Positions 19,396-27,980 of a stretch of 51,389 nucleotides of DNA are shown one piece after another. The notes under the pieces are model-generated. The model was not told the origin of the DNA, made no database searches, and worked only from the letters and a program-made list of their open reading frames with translations. This DNA is from Patescibacteria group bacterium (GTDB lineage Bacteria; Patescibacteriota; Minisyncoccia; RBG-13-40-8-A). A program made the position numbers and the translations under genes. The first letter of the stretch is position 1; every line of letters begins with the position of its first letter. The DNA lies in NCBI GenBank assembly GCA_022705575.1, contig JAKJED010000001.1, positions 1 through 51,389 of the forward strand, in the 5' to 3' direction.

Positions 19396-20766
19396 TTATC
19401 TTCCTCCTCCGCGGAGAATTATATTAATTGTTTTAAGAATTATGCTCACATCAAAAATAAATGAACGATTTTTAATGTAATACAAATCGTATTGTACTTT
19501 TTCAAAATTATCATCAATTGATGAACCATAACCGTATTTTATTTGTGCCCAGCCAGACAGACCGGGTTTGATTAAATATCTTTCTTGGTAAAAAGGAATG
19601 TGTTCTCTTAATTCTTGGTGAAATTCCGGTCTTTCTGCTCTTGGTCCGATGAAACTCATTTCTCCCTTAATAATATTCCATAATTGTGGAACTTCATCTA
19701 ATCGTGATTTTCTCATAAATTTTCCAAATTTTGTAATTCTATTGTCTTTTTCTGTGGTCATTTTGGGTCCGTCTTTTTCGGCATCATTTTTCATTGATCT
19801 GAATTTTATCATTACAAACGGCTTTCCGCTTTGTCCGATGCGCGTTTGGGTATAAAATACATTGCCTCTGGATTCTAATTTTATAATCAGGGCGATTATC
19901 GGCCAGAATGGTAAACTTATAATCAAAATCAAAAATCCAAAAATAAAATCAAAAATTCTTTTAAATGTTTCGTATGATTGTTTTTGCTCTTGTGAGATAT
20001 TTTCTATAAACCATACTTCGTTAATGGCGGTGAGCGGAACTTTCTGCGTTACATTCTCATAAAATTCCGGCAAATTTACAAAATCAATTTTGTATTTTAT
20101 GCATTCAAAAAGATTTTGAATTAAATCTTGAGATTTATAAACTTCTGGCGTTACAATTGCAATAGCAATTTTTTCCTGTTGTAGGGTTTCTCGTAGATTT
20201 TTAAATCCTTGTGTAATTTTAATTTCCGGTAAATCGGTTTTGTCTATAGATTCGTTATTCTTTATAATCAATTTTAATTTATATCCCAGTTGAGGATTTT
20301 TGATTAATTCTTTCGCCAGTTCTATGGCTTGCGGATTGTAGCCGATAATTGCAACACCTGCTCCGGGTTTTAACGAACCGGCAATTAAATTAAACAAATA
20401 TCTCCAGCCGTAAAACAAAACTACAAAGATAACAATGTTTAAAAATAAATTTGTTTTAGGGGTAATAGAATCAATAATAAACCCCGGCACAAGATAGAAG
20501 AATACAATTGAAATGATTCCACCAATTATTATTGTCCTTACCAAAGCAATAGAAAATTTAATATTATTTTTCGCAATATCCAGTTCGTAAAGATTGTGGA
20601 TATAAAAAGTAATTATCCAAAACAAATAAATTACAGAAAAAGGAATAAAATGATTTTGGAAAATATTAAAATCAAATTCGCGATATCTGATCGTGAGAGT
20701 AATTGCCAAAGATAAATATAGTATGATTATATCTCCTAATAAAATAATAATTTTTTTAGTTTTCAT
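19396..20766 (-). CDS. Polyprenyl-phosphate sugar-phosphate transferase (WbaP/Bac_transf-type initiating enzyme)
   Basis: N-terminal TM bundle. C-terminal FDFIFGFLILIISLPFWPIIALIIKLESRGNVFYTQTRIG...IKFRSM...DEVPQLWNIIKGEMSFIGPRAERPEF. ATG at 20766 is preferred over the TTG at 20805 in the ORF track. Confidence 0.9.
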   Translation of the reverse strand: MKTKKIIILLGDIIILYLSLAITLTIRYREFDFNIFQNHFIPFSVIYLFWIITFYIHNLYELDIAKNNIKFSIALVRTIIIGGIISIVFFYLVPGFIIDSITPKTNLFLNIVIFVVLFYGWRYLFNLIAGSLKPGAGVAIIGYNPQAIELAKELIKNPQLGYKLKLIIKNNESIDKTDLPEIKITQGFKNLRETLQQEKIAIAIVTPEVYKSQDLIQNLFECIKYKIDFVNLPEFYENVTQKVPLTAINEVWFIENISQEQKQSYETFKRIFDFIFGFLILIISLPFWPIIALIIKLESRGNVFYTQTRIGQSGKPFVMIKFRSMKNDAEKDGPKMTTEKDNRITKFGKFMRKSRLDEVPQLWNIIKGEMSFIGPRAERPEFHQELREHIPFYQERYLIKPGLSGWAQIKYGYGSSIDDNFEKVQYDLYYIKNRSFIFDVSIILKTINIILRGGGR

Positions 20767-20841
20767 GGTAATTATAATTCTATCGCAAATTATTTTAATT
20801 GACAACAGTTTTTTTTAAAAATATAATAAACTGTATAATAT

Positions 20842-23082
20842 ATGGAAACATCAAATTTTTATCTGAAAATATTGAAATGGGGGATTTATCTCTCTCTTTT
20901 TATTCCATTGATAATTTTTTCGCAATATTTATCGCCGTTTCATTTCGGCAAGATGATTATTTTTAGAATTCTTGTTGAATTGATGACGGTTTTTTATATT
21001 CCATTGATGATTGCGGATAAAAGATATAGGCCAAAGTGGAATTGGATTTTAATCAGTATTTCTGTTTTTGCGGGTTTATATGTTTTTACAGGAATTATAG
21101 GAGTTAATCCTTTTAATAGTTTTTGGGGTTCGCTTGAAAGAATGGGTGGAATGTTTAGTTTTATGCATTTTTGGGTTTATTTTATTATTTTGGTGAGTAT
21201 TATCAAAACCGAAATTGATTGGAGTAAGGTTTTAAAAATTTCAACTTTTGTTGGTTTTCTGTCAATTTTATTTGCTTATGGACAGCTTTGGATAAAAGGA
21301 AGTTTTTTTGTTGGTTGGCAGCATGGAGAAAGAGTAATTGGAACAATTGGCAATCCTGCGCTTTTTGCGGGTTATTTGATTTTTGTAATTTATTTGGCAT
21401 TATTTTTGCTATTTAAAAATCAATCTTCAAAATGGCAAAAATGGTTTTTTGCTTTCGTGATTGTGGCTGGAGCGCCGATTTTAACCATAACTGCGGTTAG
21501 AGGGGCGGTAGTTGCTTTTTGGGGATCATTGTTTCTTTTGGGATTATTTATATTATTTAAATCCGATAACAAAAAGATTAAAAAATATTTATTGATAGCA
21601 TTAATGATTTTTGTTGCATTGATTGCAATTATAGGATTTAGCAAGAATCAGAATTGGGTTAAAAACAATAGTGTGTTAAACAGGATAACTGATATTTCTT
21701 TTGCCACCGATACAATTCAAACGCGTTTATGGTCATGGGAAAGCGCGTGGCAAGGAATTAAGGAAAAACCAATTTTCGGCTGGGGACCGGAGAATTTTAT
21801 GTATTTGCATATGAAATATTTTAATCCCAAGCACTTTACCGGGCTTGGCTCTGAAACCATTTGGGATAGGGCGCATAACATGCCATTGGAAATATTTTCT
21901 ACAATGGGAATATTCGGACTAGTAAGTTATTTGGCAATTTTCTTTTTTGTTTTCAAATTTTTATATAAGAGCTATAAAAATAATAGAATTAACAAAATTT
22001 CTTTCGGCGTTTTTACGGCAATGATTATTGCTTATCTTGTGCAGGATTTGTTTATTTTTGATACAGCCGCGAATTATTTGATATTTTTTATTGTGTTGGG
22101 ATATGTTAATTATTTAAATTCGCAGTCCGTGAATCCCGAATCAGAGATTAAAAATGAACAGAAAACTATTAGAAAATCTCCTTCAATTGTTTTAACTGCC
22201 TTTCTTTTATTTTTATCTTTGTTTTTGATTTTTTCTATTAATATTAGAGCAGCAAAAGCAAATTATGCATGCACAAGAGGTATTCTTGCTGGATCAAAAA
22301 GCGCTCAGCAGGCATATAATTATTACAAAAAGGCATTAGATTATAATTCTGCGATTGGTGCTTATGAAATCAGACATAAATTTGCCACTTTTGCAATTCA
22401 ATTAATTAATGCTCAACGAACGAATGATAAAGGAATTGATGTTAATTTATTGCATTATGCAATAAATGAAATTGAAAAAAATATAGAAAAATATTCAATG
22501 GATACTACGCCATATCTGTATGTGGGTCGGATGTATATTTTATTGATTAACAAAGAAGAAACTGCGGGAGAATTAGCCGAAAAATTTATTCAAAAGGCAA
22601 TTGACATTAATAGTAAAAATCCGAGAAATTGGTATGAACTCGGACAAGCGCAGGTTTCCCAGCAAAAATATCAAGAATCTTTTGAAAGTTTTAAAAAAGC
22701 ATTGGATTTAAATTCGGATGTCCCTCTTTCTTATTGGTTTGTCGGAATTAGTGCTTATTACCTTCAAAATTATACAGAAGCAGCAGATTATCTTAATCAA
22801 GCTATTTCTAAAGGATATTCCGAATATAAAAACAGTTTGACGGATATAATGAGAATGGTTTCAATATATGAAAAAGTAAAAAATTATCAGAAAGTTAAAG
22901 AGCTTTATGAATTGGCGGTTTTAGAAAAGCCGGACAATGCTCAGCTTTATGCTTCGTTAGCTGCAGCATATGCGATTACAGGTGATTATGCGCGAGCCAA
23001 ACAAGCAGCATTAAAATCAGCGGAAATAGATCCGAATTTTGAAGCTGATGCTCAAAAATTTATTAATTCCTTGCCAAAGTAA
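20842..23082 (+). CDS. O-antigen ligase/polymerase-like (Wzy_C) membrane protein with C-terminal TPR repeats
   Basis: About 11 TM helices. Loop RLWSWESAWQGIKEKPIFGWGPENF is typical of the O-antigen ligase family. The C-terminal ~250 aa contain TPR-like repeats (YNYYKKALDYNS, FKKALDLNSD, AYAITGDYARAKQAALKSAEIDPN). Confidence 0.8.
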   Translation: METSNFYLKILKWGIYLSLFIPLIIFSQYLSPFHFGKMIIFRILVELMTVFYIPLMIADKRYRPKWNWILISISVFAGLYVFTGIIGVNPFNSFWGSLERMGGMFSFMHFWVYFIILVSIIKTEIDWSKVLKISTFVGFLSILFAYGQLWIKGSFFVGWQHGERVIGTIGNPALFAGYLIFVIYLALFLLFKNQSSKWQKWFFAFVIVAGAPILTITAVRGAVVAFWGSLFLLGLFILFKSDNKKIKKYLLIALMIFVALIAIIGFSKNQNWVKNNSVLNRITDISFATDTIQTRLWSWESAWQGIKEKPIFGWGPENFMYLHMKYFNPKHFTGLGSETIWDRAHNMPLEIFSTMGIFGLVSYLAIFFFVFKFLYKSYKNNRINKISFGVFTAMIIAYLVQDLFIFDTAANYLIFFIVLGYVNYLNSQSVNPESEIKNEQKTIRKSPSIVLTAFLLFLSLFLIFSINIRAAKANYACTRGILAGSKSAQQAYNYYKKALDYNSAIGAYEIRHKFATFAIQLINAQRTNDKGIDVNLLHYAINEIEKNIEKYSMDTTPYLYVGRMYILLINKEETAGELAEKFIQKAIDINSKNPRNWYELGQAQVSQQKYQESFESFKKALDLNSDVPLSYWFVGISAYYLQNYTEAADYLNQAISKGYSEYKNSLTDIMRMVSIYEKVKNYQKVKELYELAVLEKPDNAQLYASLAAAYAITGDYARAKQAALKSAEIDPNFEADAQKFINSLPK

Positions 23083-23094
23083 AAATAAAAATAA

Positions 23095-23670
23095 GTGAAC
23101 AAAAAAACATTAATCGTGTCGGCAATATTAATTGTAATATTGATTATTATAATTTTAGTTTATTTTTTGATTTTAAAACCGTCTGCGATTGACAATGGCT
23201 CTGGAATTCCAAAAAAAATAATAGAAAATAAGTTTTTTTCCGTTAAACTTCCGGAGGGATGGATAGAGGTTGAGCCAGTGTACGGATCGATTGCCACTGT
23301 TGTAAAAAATCAAGAATTGATTAACGATACTTATGCCCAAAAATTAAATTTTAGAAGTTATTATTCTGTTTTGCGCGATACTGTTGGAGATAAAACGGAA
23401 CAAGAGTATTTGGAAGAAATAAAAAATTCTTTAAAGAAAAATTTTACCGATATAATGATATCGGATGAAGAGATAAAAGAATCAAATGGCGCGAAAATTT
23501 ATTTTATGGAATCAAAACTTAACGAACAGAATGTCGATTTTACGATTTTGTTGGCAGTAAATATTAAAGATCAAGATGTTTGGACAATATCTTTTAATAC
23601 CTTAAGTGAAAAATGGGAAGAATATAAAGATATTTTTTATCAAATTGCGGATAGTTTTGAAAGAAAATAA
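23095..23670 (+). CDS. Membrane-anchored hypothetical protein
   Basis: GTG start and N-terminal signal anchor LIVSAILIVILIIIILVYFLIL. No recognisable catalytic motif. Confidence 0.55.
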   Translation: MNKKTLIVSAILIVILIIIILVYFLILKPSAIDNGSGIPKKIIENKFFSVKLPEGWIEVEPVYGSIATVVKNQELINDTYAQKLNFRSYYSVLRDTVGDKTEQEYLEEIKNSLKKNFTDIMISDEEIKESNGAKIYFMESKLNEQNVDFTILLAVNIKDQDVWTISFNTLSEKWEEYKDIFYQIADSFERK

Positions 23671-23696
23671 TAAGTAATAAGTAAATATAAATTTGT

Positions 23697-24461
23697 ATGG
23701 AAGAATTAAATAATAATTTCAAGGGGAAAAAATTAAATTGGCCGATAATTATTTTTTTAATTATTATTATTATCGCCGCCGGAATTTTTTTCTACATTGA
23801 TTATCAAAAAACAAAAAACAATTCTCAAAATCAAATAACGCCGGAAGAAGAATATATGCCAGAGCCGGTATCTCGTGAAAATAATCCTCGAAGAGCGGAG
23901 GCGATTAAGGACAATTCAAAATATGGTTGCGCGAGTCCGGAAACAATTAAGCCGATAATAACCAAGGAAGCGGATACAAAATGGGAAATTCCTAAAGATG
24001 ACGCAACTAAAACAATAAGTTTGGGAAAATATAAAATTAAAAATTCGATATACACTTTAATGGATGTCCCTAAACTTTGGGTTTATTTCAAAAGCAACAA
24101 GCTAAGCGATAGAGATGATGATTTGTATTCCTTGGAACAGTCTTATGTTTCTAAAATGAATTTGGTGGTGAATGGTTATAAAAAAGAAATAAAATTAGGC
24201 GGTTCGGAGTATATGTTGATTGAACTTGATAATTATCCTTTGGGCGATATTTATCCTTATGATAAAGCAACATCTTTGGAATTTGAAATTCTGATTGAAT
24301 TGAAATGTAATAATTCAAAAAACGGAGCTTGTTTAAGTAATAATGATAGGTCATTAGAATTTTTAGACAAAGCAGATATTTTGCCACAAATCAAAATTTT
24401 TGCAATCGGATGTCAGGAATTTACGTATGATATTATTGTTGACGCAGAATTTTCTTATTGA
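23697..24461 (+). CDS. Membrane-anchored hypothetical protein
   Basis: N-terminal TM WPIIIFLIIIIIAAGIFFYI and a Cys-containing extracytoplasmic domain. Followed by a clean terminator. Confidence 0.55.
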   Translation: MEELNNNFKGKKLNWPIIIFLIIIIIAAGIFFYIDYQKTKNNSQNQITPEEEYMPEPVSRENNPRRAEAIKDNSKYGCASPETIKPIITKEADTKWEIPKDDATKTISLGKYKIKNSIYTLMDVPKLWVYFKSNKLSDRDDDLYSLEQSYVSKMNLVVNGYKKEIKLGGSEYMLIELDNYPLGDIYPYDKATSLEFEILIELKCNNSKNGACLSNNDRSLEFLDKADILPQIKIFAIGCQEFTYDIIVDAEFSY

Positions 24462-24483
24462 TAAAACTCGCATTATCCTTAAA

Positions 24484-24518
24484 AAGAAGACGTTTGTACT
24501 GCGTCTTCTTTTGTTTTT
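24484..24518 (+). terminator. Rho-independent terminator
   Basis: AAGAAGACG / CGTCTTCTT forms a perfect 9-bp stem with a 9-nt loop, followed by TTGTTTTT. Confidence 0.7.
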
Positions 24519-24644
24519 GTATTAAAATGACACTCAAACAAACATATAAATAATAGTTTTTAAATTCGACAAAATAATATTTTAGTGTATTCTTCTTATT
24601 AGAATTATCATTATTGCAATTTAATAATTTAAATATAAAAATAT

Positions 24645-25781
24645 ATGATTCCAAAAAAAATATTTTATTTTATTTTATTTATTATTTTAGTCGGAATTTT
24701 TTTATTCGTTTTTTTTCTCAGTAAAAAAAATTTCGCATGGGACGCAAGTATGCGCAAACTTTCTTCGCAAAACAGCGATTTTTCGATAATCGATATTCGG
24801 TATGGTAGTGATTCTCAGCAAAAAGGAGTGTTGGCAATTCCTAATTCGGGAAAAAATTTTCCTATTTTGATATTTTTCCCCGGAGGAGGATATACAAGCG
24901 CAACAATAGGAGATAATCCATTTGCTTTGGTTGACCTGTATGAGGCTTTGCATTGTAACAGGGGAAAGATTGCGGTTGCTAAATTTACATATCGACTTGC
25001 TCCTAAAAATCGTTGGCCAGCTCAATTAGAAGATGCTATTGCTGCGGTTAAAAAAATTCGAGAGATAGCTTCGCAACATAATCTTGATTCTGACAATATT
25101 ATAATCATGGGACATAGCGCAGGAGCGCATTTAGCGTTAATGACCGGATTGCAATCGCCTTCGGTTTTCGGAAATAATTTTTCGGGTTTCAGGGGAATTA
25201 TTAATTATTCCGGAATTACAAATTTTCAAGTTAACAATGCCACCATATTGAATATAGCCAAAAATTTAGGGTTAAATACAAAAGATAAAAAAATTAAAGC
25301 ATCTCCTCTTTCAATTCTAAAAGTTTCCAGCCCCCCAATATTTACTCTTCATGGAAAAGCAGATAATGTAATTCCATTTGGCCAGGCAGAACAATTGGTT
25401 AATAAAATGGTGGTTAAAAAAGTAAAAGGAGCATTTCTTCCCGTAGAAAACGGAAATCATGTTTATCAACCGGGAAACCCTGCCCTACCAATGTTACCGG
25501 ACAGAAAAACTATTGCCCAAAAGGCAATAATGTTCGCTAGATATAATTTCGGCACTATTCCTGCTTATGATGTGACTGGCGATGGTCATATTGATATATT
25601 AGATTATAATGAAATAGTTGCAGCGCAAGGAAGTTTCGGATTTAAAGTTACTAATCGCACCGTTATCGGAATGTCAAAAAATTGGAATCCGTTTGCAGAT
25701 ATTAATTACGATGGTTTTGTAAATAATATAGATGTTCAATTAATACTTTCAAAAATCGGAGGAATTAATGATCCTAATTAA
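24645..25781 (+). CDS. Secreted alpha/beta-hydrolase (esterase/lipase-like) with C-terminal dockerin-like repeats
   Basis: N-terminal signal anchor and nucleophile elbow GHSAGAH. The C-terminus carries two Ca-binding-like repeats, DVTGDGHIDILDYNEIV and DINYDGFVNNIDVQLIL. Confidence 0.75.
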   Translation: MIPKKIFYFILFIILVGIFLFVFFLSKKNFAWDASMRKLSSQNSDFSIIDIRYGSDSQQKGVLAIPNSGKNFPILIFFPGGGYTSATIGDNPFALVDLYEALHCNRGKIAVAKFTYRLAPKNRWPAQLEDAIAAVKKIREIASQHNLDSDNIIIMGHSAGAHLALMTGLQSPSVFGNNFSGFRGIINYSGITNFQVNNATILNIAKNLGLNTKDKKIKASPLSILKVSSPPIFTLHGKADNVIPFGQAEQLVNKMVVKKVKGAFLPVENGNHVYQPGNPALPMLPDRKTIAQKAIMFARYNFGTIPAYDVTGDGHIDILDYNEIVAAQGSFGFKVTNRTVIGMSKNWNPFADINYDGFVNNIDVQLILSKIGGINDPN

Positions 25782-25804
25782 TTAGTAAATTTAATAATAA
25801 AATA

Positions 25805-25833
25805 TTGACAACGGATTTTTTATCTGCTACTAT
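25805..25833 (+). promoter_or_regulatory. Sigma70-type promoter TTGACA-17-TACTAT
   Basis: TTGACA at 25805-25810, 17-nt spacer, TACTAT at 25828-25833. Predicted TSS is about 25840. Confidence 0.45.
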
Positions 25834-25840
25834 ATAGTTA

Positions 25841-25918
25841 GTTGAATGGGTAATCCCGCAAGGGAGAGCTCTATACTTGGGGAAAAACGTCTGGCTTTTA
25901 GTCGACGTTTTTCTTTTT
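25841..25918 (+). ncRNA. Candidate ~80-nt small RNA (unclassified)
   Basis: Bounded by the promoter above and an intrinsic terminator (AAAAACGTC/GACGTTTTT stem at 25883-25912 plus CTTTTT). Contains a TCCC-GCAA-GGGA GNRA hairpin (25854-25865). The 5' 12 nt are complementary to 26050-26061. Confidence 0.35.
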
Positions 25919-25976
25919 AAATTTGAAAAATTTAACCCCTCGGTAACCTTGGTGGAGGAAAGTATTATACACTTAT

Positions 25977-26006
25977 TTGACTTATATTATTTATTTTCGT
26001 TATACT
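25977..26006 (+). promoter_or_regulatory. Sigma70-type promoter TTGACT-18-TATACT
   Basis: TTGACT at 25977-25982 and TATACT at 26001-26006. It would give a ~100-nt leader for the gene starting at 26115. Confidence 0.4.
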
Positions 26007-26031
26007 TAATATATATATAATTGTGTTGCTT

Positions 26032-26095
26032 AAGGAGTTCCGGAACTAGTACCCATTCAACACCAAGCATTGGGGTTATACTTTCCGGACTCCTT
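26032..26095 (+). promoter_or_regulatory. 5'-leader hairpin of the 26115 gene
   Basis: AAGGAGT(T)CCGGAA at 26032-26045 pairs with TTCCGGACTCCTT at 26083-26095 (13 bp, one bulge). The 37-nt apical region contains TACCCATTCAAC. Confidence 0.45.
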
Positions 26096-26114
26096 TGGCT
26101 ACGCAATTTAAAAT

Positions 26115-27902
26115 ATGATTAACTTAATTAAGAAATATAAATTATTATTAACCCTACTTATTTCAGGTTGGGTTTTTATTATTTTATTTTCATCAGTATT
26201 GGCCGTTGAAGAGTTAGAAAATAATCAAAAGTTTTTTTTAGACACATATTATGATTATTCCGCAAGAACAGAGATTACAGCTACATTAAAAAAAGTTTCT
26301 GATAATGCGTATTTTTATGTCGAAGATGACTATTGGAACTTGTTGACAACACTACAACAAACAGAATATATAGAAAATATTGATAAGTTGGCAAACGAAT
26401 TTGATAAAACAATTTATCCTTCTTTGACATATTTTTATGGTTCAGAGTGGAATCCAGGGATTGATAATGATAGCAGGATGACAATTTTATTGACCAAATT
26501 AAAATCTAATGCCGGAGGTTATTTTAATGAAAAAGATGAAAAAAATTCTGCTCAAGAACCAATGTCAAATTCTCGAGAAATGATTTATTTGAACGCAACA
26601 CAAATTACCAATCCATTGATTTATAGTTTATTGGCGCATGAAATGCAGCATTTAATCAGTTGGAATCAAAAAGAAAGATTGCGAGGGATTAGAGATGAGG
26701 TTTGGCTTAATGAATTAAGAAGCGAATACGCTCCTACTGTTTGCGGATATGATAGTGATTATGTTGGCAGTAACCTGGAACGACGAATTGAAGATTTTTT
26801 AGCAAATCCATTCGATTCCTTGACTGAGTGGAGGGGTGAAAGATTTGATTATCCGTCTGTAAACATTTTCGGGCATTATTTAGCAGAGCAATATGGAGAA
26901 GAAATTGTTGGAATGACCGCTAAAAACAATAAAGTTGGGACTGAAAGCATTGAACAAGCATTAAAAGATAAGGGATATAATATAGAATTTTCAAAATTAT
27001 TTAATCAATGGACAATCGCCAGTTATTTAAATGATAAACTTTTGTATGGAGGAATATATGGATATAAAAATCCATATTTGAAAGGCAATCTTTTTGTGTC
27101 TCCGATTAGTTATAGTATTGTTTCAGCAAATGTGATTAATATTTCTCAAGATATTAAAGATTGGGCTCCGCATTGGTATCGTTTCATAAACAAGCAAGAC
27201 GCTTATACTATCACTAAAGATTTGGAATTAGAATTCGAAGGAGCTATGGGTAATAATTTTAACGTTTTTTATATTATTGATTATTTAAATCAAGCAAAAG
27301 ATCCTATTATCGGAAATTTAAATCTTGTAAATCAGCAAGGTATGCTTAAAATCCCTGATTTTAAAAATACTTTTGATTCAATTACAATTATTGTTTCTAA
27401 TCAATCAAAAATATCAAATTTTACGAATAACGATCCCGTGAATCCATTTAATTTGTCTGTAGCAACAACATTATTTCAAGAACATGTTGGTTTGCCGGGT
27501 TCAATAGAACTTGTTAAACCGGAAGATTATGGATTAAAAGAAGGAGATTTAATTCGCGCTGAAGGAGATTTTGATATTTTTATTATTAATCAATATGGAC
27601 ACAAAAGATTGTTTTTAAATCCGGAAATATTTAACATGTATAGACATTTAGGTGGTTGGAGTGCGGTGAAAACTGTTAAACCGGCGACTCGAGATGCGTT
27701 TAGAACTTCAAATTATTATCGTTATGTCGATTCGCCGAAAGTTTATGAAGTAGAAGTAACTGGTGGAGATACGGGTATTTTCCATTGGTTGAATATGACC
27801 GGAGAACAATTTTTAGCAAAAGCAAGACCGGAGTCAATATTTATAATTAATAAAGCAGAATTAGATTGGTATCCAAAGGGAGCAGATAAAACATCGTTAT
27901 AA
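26115..27902 (+). CDS. Secreted/anchored protein with HExxH motif (putative zinc metallopeptidase-like)
   Basis: N-terminal signal anchor LLLTLLISGWVFIILFSSVLA. LLAHEMQHLISW places the HExxH motif at nt 26637-26651. No family assignment possible by eye. Confidence 0.55.
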   Translation: MINLIKKYKLLLTLLISGWVFIILFSSVLAVEELENNQKFFLDTYYDYSARTEITATLKKVSDNAYFYVEDDYWNLLTTLQQTEYIENIDKLANEFDKTIYPSLTYFYGSEWNPGIDNDSRMTILLTKLKSNAGGYFNEKDEKNSAQEPMSNSREMIYLNATQITNPLIYSLLAHEMQHLISWNQKERLRGIRDEVWLNELRSEYAPTVCGYDSDYVGSNLERRIEDFLANPFDSLTEWRGERFDYPSVNIFGHYLAEQYGEEIVGMTAKNNKVGTESIEQALKDKGYNIEFSKLFNQWTIASYLNDKLLYGGIYGYKNPYLKGNLFVSPISYSIVSANVINISQDIKDWAPHWYRFINKQDAYTITKDLELEFEGAMGNNFNVFYIIDYLNQAKDPIIGNLNLVNQQGMLKIPDFKNTFDSITIIVSNQSKISNFTNNDPVNPFNLSVATTLFQEHVGLPGSIELVKPEDYGLKEGDLIRAEGDFDIFIINQYGHKRLFLNPEIFNMYRHLGGWSAVKTVKPATRDAFRTSNYYRYVDSPKVYEVEVTGGDTGIFHWLNMTGEQFLAKARPESIFIINKAELDWYPKGADKTSL

Positions 27903-27980
27903 AATTATGCTCCGTAGCGAATTTTTGACTGATGCGGGGCATTGTAATAATTTTTAATTAGTTAAAATCTACTACGGGGT

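Noticed and set aside
25846-25920. 24-codon ORF (MGNPARESSILGEKRLAFSRRFSF) inside the candidate sRNA
   Set aside because: A 25-codon open frame is not improbable by chance, and it has no SD. It runs through the terminator hairpin. Kept only as an alternative (leader peptide) hypothesis.
25954-25963. GAGGAAAGT, resembling the RNase P RNA CR-I motif (GAGGAAAGUCC)
   Set aside because: The match stops after 9 nt (followed by ATTATAC instead of CCGGGC). No P4 partner (ACAGAA.CCGG) is present. The region is too short and AT-rich for an RNase P RNA.
26038-26046. TCCGGAA reminiscent of the SRP RNA GGAA tetraloop region
   Set aside because: The flanking bases do not form the conserved domain IV symmetric and asymmetric loops (no AGCA/GGCAG-type motifs).
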